Positions 53,101 through 64,000 of a stretch of 64,000 bases of DNA are shown one piece after another. Within the stretch, counting starts at the first letter, position 1, and every line of letters begins with the position of its first letter. This stretch comes from Catajapyx aquilonaris (taxonomy: Eukaryota), in assembly GCA_000934665.2 (NCBI GenBank), contig JYFJ02000615.1, forward strand, positions 1 to 64,000, read 5' to 3'. The translations under genes were made by a program, and so were the position numbers. The notes beneath the pieces are model-generated. The model saw only the letters and a list, made by a program, of their open reading frames with translations. It had not been told where the DNA came from and made no database searches.

Positions 53101-56100
53101 CCCACAATGCATGATAGCCACAGGCATTACAACCTGCACGGATTGAAAAGGGACGCCATTTTTGGTGCGCACCTTGCATACACAAATTGCCTCTCTGTCC
53201 CTCACGGCCATACCACCATTTTATATTCGCAACACTGTACACACTAAGTTCACATCAGATCCATATCAATCAACTTAACCTGCAGTTAAGTTTAAGAAGG
53301 AAACCCAAGCTCCAATTATGCAGATAGCCAGCTCCTTTCTTCTCTATTCTCCATTCAGAACTTTGCAACTAGAATGTTCCCCATGGAATAATTCATAGCG
53401 CACTTGTCACCGGCTATTCCTATATACACAACTTCTGCATTGCCCTCAAATCCACACAATTCCAGTCCTATCTCAGACAACTCTCATCCAAAATGCATCC
53501 CCCCCCCCCCTTCTTGTTTACAACCATCCGGGAAATTATTAAATTCCTACACCCTGTCGTATATTACGCCTAAGGCACAATCAAGAAGCTCGTTAATAAT
53601 AACGTTAAGACACTAATGCTCCGCCATATTTCTAGTATGCAAATATAATGTGGTCAGAGTCCCCCCTTTGAAAAATTGCACAGGGTCGAGCAAAGTAATG
53701 AGTTCCATGCTCTTAAATTCGCCTCATTTTTATGGGCACACTTTGCAACTCCAAGACAAAGTTGGCGGGTCAACGCCTGACACTGCCGAACCAGACGTGA
53801 CCTCCGTGGTGGCCCAATTAGGAGACGTGGGCACCCCCCAACTACTTTCGATCCGACCGCCGATTCCTTAAGGTCTTGAGCCCCGCAGACTTGTAGAGCG
53901 CGCGTACCGTAACTCTTCTCACGCGATCCCTCCATCCTTCTTCATCCAGGCAAAACCCACACAATCTCACACGCCTTTCCCCCCCACCAAAACCCAGCCC
54001 AATGGACCCGTGATAGATGACTCTCGTGTCCTACACACGAGGCACCCTCTACCCACCCTCACCATCTCTCTCTGCTTCTCTCTACCTCTCTCTCTCTCCC
54101 TCCCTCCAAAACCTATTGATTTCCGCAGCAATACCAGCATCCCGCAGCCCAGAAAACGACTTCGATGCGATAGCGCTATTCAACACAAGACCACTGCAAG
54201 CAAAAGCCCTTACCTTTTTTTCCCCCATCTATTTGTATACTGTCCGGTAGTGCAGATCTGCAAATATTACATGATGCACACAGAAAAGTACGACAATAAA
54301 TTATTCAAAAAAGTGAAAATGATGATCTGAAAATTGGAACTTGCAAAATAATATCCAAATGTTTATCTCATCACTTTCTTTTTTTTCTGTATTGGCCATA
54401 TAACTCGCAATGATTCGCAGTATCAACAGCTGGTGACGTGGAAATTCCACATACATTATATTATTTATTTTTTTCACCGTGACAGGGGTACGTACTCCAG
54501 AGGCAAGTGCGTGAGTGCAGAAAATAGGCCACTTTGGACAACATTCAATAACTCCGCTTCGAGTACTTTACACATTCTCCTTGGTACAAGGACGAAAAAA
54601 CAAAATGTTGAAAACAAAAAAAGTGTATTGCTTCTGTGTGACTCTGCGTAAGTCATTTTTTTTCCTCAATTTGTTTTAGTCACTAGGGAAGACGGGAAAA
54701 GTGTTGGGATTTTTCGTCATACTACTTCTATAGTTATGTTTTTTTTGGAATGGTATTCACCCTGACGCAAATTGGTGTTTTTTTTCTTCATTTTTTGTCT
54801 CATTTTCAAGCACCAATCTCCCCCTTTTCTCCCGACAACCCTTATACACGGCAGAGAGTCTGTTGCGATGTGTGCGATATTTCAATGAGGAATGCTTGCG
54901 TTCTTGATCATTCACTCTGTCCACGGGGTTTCTTTATTTTAAATGCCACCATGCTCTCCTATAGTGATTCGTGATCATCTGTAAGGCCACACTGTTATTA
55001 ATTGTCCGAATTTTGAGACTAGAAAGTTGCCCAAGTTCCATCTTAAAGACAGAACATCCACACAGGCCAGATATGTGAAAGATGAAAGATGCGCCCCCTA
55101 CAAAAATGTGAGATATTAATATTCGCAAATTTTTTTCTTATTTTGCGTGAGGCATGAAATTTTAATTAATTAATTTTTCAGGCCAGTTGAACATTTCTGG
55201 TATAATCAGGCTCAAGGTACCTAAATGGTCCTGTCTCCAAGTCGGGACCAAAGCTTATTTTCCCGTTTCCAAAGTCGCAACATGAATTACAGTGTAGATC
55301 AATTTCACAGGTGATCACGACTCATCATACCACGTTTGGGCGAGTAGCTGTCACAGCACACGTAAAACTAACTTGTTGGTGAGGACCCATTTCCTTGTGG
55401 TGTCCGCTTCCCTCCGACAGACCTCTTTACACATACTCCCCACCCAACTCCAATCCTTCCAAAACATATGCACCAGTACTCTTGCATACATACGTATAAA
55501 GGTTTTTATCACTACAGACGCTAATTGAAAAAAAAACGGAATGTGATGCGCCCAATCACTCGTCGGAGGGAAGCAGAACCAGAAGAGAACTTGGCCCGTC
55601 CTCCAAGGCACCATCGTCGTGACCTGTCCTTGCACATTGCACATTGTTTGCTTCAAAACCTCCCTTAGATATTCTTGCTTGTCAAAAAAAACAATATACA
55701 GATCCAACCCAAACGTCTTGATTATAATAATTGGTTTTTTTCCTATCTGAAAAATCTCTTCTAGCACCGTGGGGAACAACGATGGAATTATCCAGTTTGG
55801 CTTCTTTGCACACGAGTTGGAAAAATATTTACAAGTAGTTTGGGCCATTTTATGTTTAAAAAAGCTGTAAATGATATAATATTGCATCACTGAACAGTAT
55901 TATAAAATTATAAAACAAAGCCACTGGATTCGGCTCGTGCACTGTGGGTTAAAGGGCCACTGCAGTGGAATGTGTTCGCATGTGACTATTACATCATGAA
56001 AAGTTGGCAAATTGCCAAATGTGTGACTCGGGTTTAAATTGGCCCAGAGTACCCAAAATCCAAGTCAAGATCAGATCTTCCAACAAAAGCTTCATACATC

Positions 56101-56788
56101 ATTCAGTGGTCCTTCAACATTCACAGAGACTTAAGGTTGAAACATTGTGATCAAAACCTGATTTTTGAAAACCTCGACATATTACAAATGAGGCAGTGTT
56201 CTGGTTTGTGACAATTTGACCATCGTTAAATAGATATTACCCAAAAAAAATGAAAAAAAAGGACAAGCTATCGAGGAGTAGCCATCTTTGATCTTCCCCA
56301 CGGCTCCCCTTCCCCCCTGCACATTATTCAAATCCCCCCTCACTCTCTGCCACTGTCGCTCATAGCGCCTCGTCAAGTTTTTGCATCTGAATACGAAAAT
56401 ATATCAGGTAACAAGAACGGTTATCACAGTTCCTTGATCGGTCCAGATCCTTGCCTCCTGAAACCATCACCACCGGATTATTTTTTCTCAAAAAAAAAAA
56501 AAGGAAAACACCCCATCACCAACCACCACCACCAACTACACACCTACCACCAACCAACCGCATAGTTTTTTTTTTGTCATTTACATAATCATACGTGCAT
56601 CCGTAAGTAGTCCGTAATGGTCGCACATTAAAAGAGTTGCTGTAGAAATATGACGAGTTGTCTCCCTCGCCATATATGTAAACAAGGCCAACCGGAACAA
56701 GGGAGCGGCCACGCTGTGCACACTGTCACTGCACTTTTTTTAAAATAAAAAAAAATCTTGATTTTTCACTGCAATCTTCACAGATCTA

Positions 56789-57636
56789 TCATCTCACTTG
56801 CGATGAAATGAGTACAAACACAGCGAAAATTCCGAGCACTATTGACCATGATGGCGCGTGTGCTCCGCCTCCGTTGCTGAACTCCAAGCAATGACCTGAA
56901 ACCGAAAAAAAAGAGACAATGCATCAGATCCAATGTGGTGCAATGCGCCATACACTGCATACAGGCTCCGAAATTAAAATTATGTCACCATCATTTTTTG
57001 ATATATGGTGCTGTCAAATGATGCAATCAAACTCTTTGGTGCCCCCCCCTCCCCTCCCCCCCTTCCAAAAAAATGGATGTGACGACAGGTTTTTCAGAGC
57101 GAAAATTTCGAACACACCCAGACAAAGCTGTGTTTCGATCGTGCTGGGACCAAAACCAGGGACAGAAATAAACACCAGTGTCACGTTTGAGTTATGGGGT
57201 GGTTAATTGGGCGAGAGAAGGCTTTCCGCAGCTTGTTGATCAAAGGCCAACCGCTCCACCCTTCTCCATCCCCAAAGATTTGTGGTCGACACACGAAAAA
57301 AAAACCCCAGCAAAGGCACAAAATGTACTATTGGAGACATAAAGTAAAGCACAACATGTACTATCGAAGACGTAAAGCTCTGTACAATGTATATATTTTT
57401 TATGTGTTTATTACCGGAGGAGGTGACGTTGAAGGCTAGTACTCCACCCACGCCCGGAGTGATGCTCCGGAGACACGAGTCTGAGCTGGAGGAGAAGCTA
57501 AATTCACTTCCAAGACCCGGTTGGGACTGTCGGTAGATGAAGCAGAAGCGACGGGCCCCTTTCGACGACCGGCTCAGAGGCGTCGTGATCAGGAAGTTCG
57601 TCCCGTTGTCTTCCCAGCTGCCGTGACAAGAATATG
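56789..57636 (-). CDS. Last two exons of a Cys-rich cell-surface protein (probably GPI-anchored; resembles the arthropod DUF7042/7043-type family); upstream exons not located
   Basis: Exon 57636-57415 (YSCHGSWEDNGTNFLITTPLSRSSKGARRFCFIY..SSDSCLRSITPGVGGVLAFNVTSS) splices in phase 1 to exon 56895-56789 (GHCLEFSNGGGAHAPSWSIVLGIFAVFVLISSQVR*). Splice sites are canonical. Confidence 0.8.
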
Positions 57637-58889
57637 CTGCAAAAAAAGATGGACAAAACATTTAGTCTGAGGCTCAATTAGACTTTTAATAATGAGTACA
57701 TGCGGCTGTAATTATTCCATCAAGTGCGATGCAATAAGGTTTTTTTTGGAGAGAGCGGACTTAAGGTTATTACCATATTTTTCATATCGGAGTACGAAGC
57801 GAATTCATCACCAAAAGATGGCACCACATTATTGCTTTTATGATATGACATTTTGTATAATTAATCCGGGAGCTAATTTTATACCAAAAAAATGCACTCA
57901 ACGTACGGTCTTGTAGCATGTTAAAAAAATACTCAACCTGATGTACTTCCTCTGCCGGTACAAACCAGGCGTGGACCAGTCGCATCATCCACGCGTGTTT
58001 GTGCCCGGCCACGTTGCAAATAATTGAATTAGCATACATAACCGAATTTGTGCCCAACAAAAGCGACCCGCTTTGTAGCTTCCCAACAGCCACAGAGTTA
58101 CAAGTTGGCCAAAAAAATTATAATGGCGTACAAAACAGCCAATTTGCCAGCAAACAAGTTCGAGTACACATTTTAAAAATATATATTCCAAAGCCTCCAA
58201 CTGCATTTGTTGCACTGCCAACTGCTGGCCTCTTGGGGCTTTGGCATGTGCCTCCATCGATCCTGCATCCAAAAAATGACATTGATGCTGGCCACACAAT
58301 CTACGATCTGTGCCAGAGCTTAAATCTCCGCGAGCAGCACATAATTATCGGCTTTGGGTTAACCCAATGAGCCCAGGCCAATTGGAATCTGCCTCTAATT
58401 TACGCCCCGCAGCAGGCAGGCAGGCAGGCATTCCCCTCTCCTCCATCCCCCACTTTTTTTTTCCTCTGCTGCCAGCTATACTCTTCCGACCGCAAACACG
58501 GAGCTCTAAAAGGTTAATCCGATCTTCTGATCCGGTCGAAAAAGCGAAGACAGAATCGGAGACGTCATCTAAATTAGGCCAACACTTCCCGAGAGACGTT
58601 TACACTCTTCGTATATCTTCGGCTAATAGCCCTTAGGGTGGCAAAGTTATTTCTGACTCGATTACGGCCCGTATTATCCGGGATAGGAACCAACGGATAA
58701 AAAAAAGAAGAAACCGATTGTGCGGGCTCTCTAGAGTCAAAAAGTGAGTTACAGGCTTTAGACATAAAATGGCTCAGTTTGTTTGAAGAAAAAAAAGATG
58801 GTGCGGATCGCATTTTAAGCCATACAGTGGGCTTTATCTGCAATGGGTCATCTCCAAAGTAGTTGCCAAAACCCGTATCATAACTATCG

Positions 58890-59152
58890 GAGCTCCGCCT
58901 TTTCTTATCTAAGCCCCGCCTCTCCCTTGTATAAGCTCCGTCTCTACCTTATCTAAGCCCCACCTATTCGTGATGTAAGATCCGCCTCTCCTTATACAAG
59001 CCCAGCCTATTCCTGATCTAAGATCCGCCGCTTCACTATCTAAGCCCCGCCTCTACCTTATCTAAGCCCCGCCTATTCGTGATGTAAGATCCGCCTCTTC
59101 CTTATCTAAGCCCCGCCTCTCCTTTATCTAAGCCCCGCCTCCATACTTAACC
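58890..59152. repeat. ~21-bp minisatellite (CTTATCTAAGCCCCGCCTCTC)
   Basis: About a dozen diverged tandem units, with variants TCGTGATGTAAGATCCGCCTC. Confidence 0.85.
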
Positions 59153-59845
59153 TAAACCAGCCAGGACTTTCAGTGAAGCTGATTCATATCTTTCAGTTAA
59201 ACTATAAGTGGAGCCATGCCTTTCCATTAAAGCCAATTGTGGCACGTCTCTCTGTTAAGCCGAGTTAGCAAGATGACTTTTTTACTTTCAAGGGAACTGG
59301 GGGGGACGTATTATAAAGCTGTTTATTTCCAAATCTCTGGGCCTTTAAAAAAAAACTGGGGGCAACAACTGTTCCTGGAGCTGCCAAAAAAAAATTAGGA
59401 CCGCACTTGGGGCAGTGTGCAGGTGGAAACAGCTTACAGACATAAATTCCAGGTTTTTCGAGTGGAGGGGTAAAACGTGCTGGGGAAAACTTTCATAACC
59501 GCTCAGACTACCCCTTTTCCGCAATGTGTACAAACTCGGACATCCAAACCCTGTGGTTTTAAACCACATGGTTACACACACCCTGTGTTTCCCCTTCCTA
59601 AAAAAAAGGGGGCAAGCACAATTGTCGCAATTTCCTAAAACTGTCTCTACACCGGAACAATAAAAAAGGACGCAATCCGACAAAACCTTCCTCTTTGTTG
59701 GAGCCAATCAGAGCAGGCATTCTAGAGATTCAGCAACGAGGGCAAAAATTTTCTGCAACGCACGCCTCTTAAGAAACTCCTGAGTATTGGAATTAAACAG
59801 AAGCTGGGAAAAGAAGGGGGGGGGAGGTTTTTAAGGGAAGCAGAG

Positions 59846-59852
59846 GAAGAAA

Positions 59853-59893
<41 letters not shown>

Positions 59894-59896
59894 AGA
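59846..59896. repeat. (GAAA)n microsatellite; others are (GGAA)n at ~49482-49510 and (TTC)n at ~60105-60135
   Basis: Direct reading of the sequence. Confidence 0.9.
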
Positions 59897-60106
59897 AAAG
59901 GGGATCTCCGGTACTCCTCAAGAAGCTCCTCCAATTCTCCATAACGCTCGACAAAAGGAGGGCCCCATTATCAATAGAATCACCTCAGAAAACTGCTCTT
60001 GCGAAATTTTATGGTCCCCTTCGTTCCCAAGCGATGGGCTCTAATTCACAAAAAAAAGTGTGCTCGGCGGCGAGATGTCCTCCGTCCCACTGCGGACCAA
60101 GTTTTT

Positions 60107-60139
<33 letters not shown>

Positions 60140-63100
60140 CGACATGGTCTTTCTCCTGTGTTCACTAACCCGTGCAGATATTGTGGAAAGGATTAAAATG
60201 ATCGCAAAGTTAGGCTCTCCCAAGTTGAGACCAAAGTTGGCACAAAAATCATAACTAAAAACGGCTGACACCAACTTACACGCTTGGTGTTGCAAAAGTC
60301 AACAACTTTAGCGTATACATTTTTCGAAACGTGTCACATGGCAGATCGCACTATTTGAAAGACCAGATCTATAGACGAATTTTTAAATGGACGCAACACA
60401 GTTTGCGCAAATTGTTTCCAACACTACGCTTGAGGGAGTAACAATATGGCCGACTTTTGCGACGTTGCCATGGCTCTGGTACGAACCGGTGTGAATTTGG
60501 CCTCCTGAGGAGTAACTGTGGCAACGATGTTGTCGGAACAATGGACTTGCGCGAGTATGGGTGCGCACTGGGTTGCGCTCGTTAACAAAATTCATCTGTA
60601 GTGCCAGAATTTTATTTTTAGAATTTTTTTCCCCAATTGCTGACGTGGGCCGTACCCCAGCTAAATTCTCTCTTTAGAGCCAAACTATCACGTGCCATTT
60701 TAGAGTCGCACTTATGCAAGAGAGGAGTCGACCTCAATCAGACGTGCTGCTTTTCTCCCTCTGTAATTACTCGCCGAAATTTCCTCCCCCCCGCTTTTAC
60801 CAGGTAGGACTCATCATCAGGGAAGAAGCTTCGTCTCTCTGATGAAGTGATTTCCTGACCTCGGCTCTTCCCTCGCTGATTCCCAGTGTCATTTGGTATC
60901 AAGCGTGAACGCCCCCATTTTTTATTTTCCTCGCTTTTCCAACCACCGGAGTCCTAACTGCTTCCACGTCTTTGCACTATTTTTCTTCTGGTGAGGGAAA
61001 AAGAAAAAAGAAGGCTTTTCCAAACTTGGATTGCTCATAACTCATGTCTTAATTGCCCTGGAATTGAAAGCCACGCCTCCTTGCCTACCCCTTAAGATTC
61101 TCATACGGATCGGCTAATTACAATAATTTTGAAGGAGGGGGGGGGGGATGATGGGGATTTGCTTGCAATGGCCTGCTTATGGCAGCGGGAGTGAAATATT
61201 CCTGCTGAGGGCCTTCCTTCCTTTTGCCGGCTGCTCTTATGGCCATCCTTTACGACCTTCTTTGCTCACATAACCCACAGTAACTGCTTGATAAAGACCC
61301 GCAAGGGCAGCCTGAGTGATTCTCTCCAGGGGTATAGAAAGACAGCATAAAAGTCGAACGGTATATGAATGCTACACTCTTTAAAAAAAAAACCAAATCC
61401 AGATGTGGACGTCGCTAGCTTAACTTGCTATAGGGAGGCGTGGTCTAACACTAGAAAGCATTGATTTCATGTCCTCTACAAAAAATAAACTCGCTTCAAA
61501 AGCAAGCAGCCACAAATTCTCTCAGGATATCGGACCCAAAGTTACAGAATACAAGAAAAAAAAAAGTTCCCTCGAAAAATATTCCGCAAGAACAATCGGT
61601 GATGCATCACCCCCGTATAGCTTTATCAAAATCGATACCACTTTTTTTCTCTCTTTCTCTCTCTCCAAAAAGCTTGTTCCTTTCCCCAACAATAGTACTG
61701 GCCACAAAGTTAGCTCCATTTCCACCCTCAACCTCAAGGGGTAGCACGATCTAAAAAAAAACGAGCCTCAACAATAACCATATGCTGGAGCCACAAGCTT
61801 AATCAGAGAGACATTTTATAGACCTTGGCCACAAAAAAAGAGAGGATCAGACCCTTGCCTAAAGGTAACCGGAATCGGCCTCCGGAGGGCACTCAGCTCC
61901 AAAAGCGTGAAGTTGGAATGAAGCAAAGTTGGGAGATGAATGTGAAATAAGCCTTTTGCTCCCTCTCTGCCACCGTATTCTTTTCCTTTCCTTTTCTTCC
62001 CCTCCCCCTTCTTCTCCATACTGGAAAATGGATCTCCTTCACGACTCTTGCCTGCAGAGGATTGTCACGGAAGCTGCCTCGATTTCATTTTTTCTCTCTC
62101 TCTTCGTCTTCAAACCCTACCTTTTTCTCTCTTGTGTCGTTGGGGGTCCGACTTTCAAGCAATGCAAACTCCTAATCCTGATGCAGAGAACTTTTGCGCG
62201 GGGAATCTTAACATGAGAAGGCCATTAAAGTTTTTTTGGGAGCCGCAAAAAAAAGGTGGTCTAATCCGCTATGATAGGATTTGCACAAAAATATGCCCAG
62301 GAAAAAAAACACACACAACCTCGCCAGATAGAACCAAGGACAGTTTTATACCTTTTGGTTCAAACTGTACGAAACTTTATGGTGCGTCCTAGTCATAAAT
62401 CTTGCAAGACAGTTTTTCTCTCGAGGAAAAAGGCGCATCTCCGCTTTTAATATCCGCCCATTTTTTGAGAGAAGGTGGATGTCTCGCACCCAATTTTTTC
62501 CCTCGGTATCAGCCCAACTTAACTGCGAGACCAAGTGCATTTTGCATAACCTAATTCCACGCAACGGGGGCTGCCCAACTTAATAATGCAACACGGCCAA
62601 GATTCGATGAAAAAAACAGGATTATACCATTTTTTAAAATAAAAAAACGAAGGACGAACCAGATATGTCTACTAATTAACCCATCTGGAGACGGCCTTTG
62701 GATATTGGTTTATCTGCGAACTATCGTCCTGCACTTTTCAGTGGAAGCCTCCAGCTCCATAGTTTATAGCCCGAGGAGCACTCGGACGTGGCCTTTTTCC
62801 CCAGCAAAAAGCCCACATAATTCATCCGGGCCCGTGAGTTTTCCTGCCCCCTCCTGGCACAAAATGCCATGTAAGGTTCTGGTACAAAATAGGGGCCGCC
62901 CTTTTTAGTAGCATTTTTTTTTTTGCAATGATGCGAAAAAAGTCGCCGGCAGGAAGCAAGGAGACAGATTAGTATCCGGGGCAGCAGAGGGGCCAATAGG
63001 TGAGGAATTACCTCAGGAACCCATTTTGTTCCGGAGGATTTGGAGGGTGATGGCGAAGCTTCTGAGACTTTGGCAGGTGCCCGCGGGAAAGGGGGGCTTC

Positions 63101-64000
63101 GAAGGAAGACACAAGAAATATCCTTTAATTACAGCCCGGAGGTTCCCCTAGGAAGATCTTAGGAAAAGCCCTATTCCGACTTATACGGGGGAAGAAGGCC
63201 CAGGTCCCCTTTATCTCCTGGAGTGATGTTCGGACTTATCCAGACATCCATTAAGAAATGGAGGGTGAAAAAAAAGAGACGAGTAGGCCTACTCCTTGCT
63301 TACAGTTGAAAGTCGTCAGAGGCGAAAAGGCTAGTCCCGGATAACCTATTTCCGGATCTAGGAGCTATCTTGTTGCAGTTTCAATGCGGGATTATCAGCC
63401 TGACTTTTAGAGAGAATTCGCGTTTGAGGATTTTACGATGATTACATGGCTGCTCTCAAAACCTTCAAGTAAATATGTACAGTGCTGGACATTAATGGTG
63501 TCGTACTAGTGGCGTGGCGCCCTGAGAAGATGATGGCAAACTAGCGAATCTATAGTTAGATTTTTTGCCGCTATGGTTCGTGACGCCATCGGTACGACAT
63601 AATTAATGTCCAGGACTTGTTATGTTCTTGTTTACTTCTTTAGAAATAGAAAACGAATTTTGATGATGGTATGAAATTAAGAACTTTCATGCATATATTT
63701 TCATTACGAATTTCATTGATAATATTAAAATATTCTTCAATGCACAACCGAGTCCTGCGATTGGCCTACATATGGTTGTTACCGCGACGCTTCCATTGGC
63801 CCGCGTTCTACGCATGCTCGTCCCCTCTCCACCTCGGGTTCTAAATTACGGTGACCTCACAGCAGGGGCTGTAGGAACCAGCTCCCTGCCACTCGCACAT
63901 ATATTTTTAAAAATTAACAAAGCTCACCAGCTATGACGTCAGCGGCTGTGCAGGCAGATCGCAGCTCCATGACGTCATTAGTGCTGCATCCGACCACCAG

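Noticed and set aside
55351..55890. 179-aa minus-strand ORF
   Set aside because: No recognisable domain, coding bias or splice structure. It probably lies in or beyond the 3' UTR of the gene ending at 56789.

Overview
Eukaryotic genomic DNA, most likely arthropod (hexapod-like: short 54-77 nt introns, insect-type SINEs). No prokaryotic features, CRISPR arrays or rRNA. Three complete spliced genes could be reconstructed by hand: FICD/HYPE AMPylase (+, 15215-16771, 3 exons); a kinesin-13 of the KIF2A/Klp10A type (-, 35725-18729, 9 core coding exons plus candidate cassette and alternative first exons, and a uORF); and PLEKHJ1 (+, 37424-38325, 4 exons), head-to-head with the kinesin. The last two exons of a Cys-rich, probably GPI-anchored protein gene lie at - 57636-56789. 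Bases 1-14.7 kb are dense in transposon remnants: four tRNA-derived SINE families, two mariner relics, several MITEs, a PIN-nuclease-bearing element and a Sola-like transposase. They also hold a Gypsy protease remnant fused to a stop-free fragment of the host gene Homer. A 1-kb hAT-type foldback with a Tc1-like MITE exactly at its apex lies at 39954-40959. Bases 41-64 kb are mostly non-coding. I found no clearly new multi-gene system. The best leads are the Homer capture, the nested foldback, a 46-bp hAT element and the variable kinesin-13 N-terminus. All family assignments come from motif recognition, not database searches.
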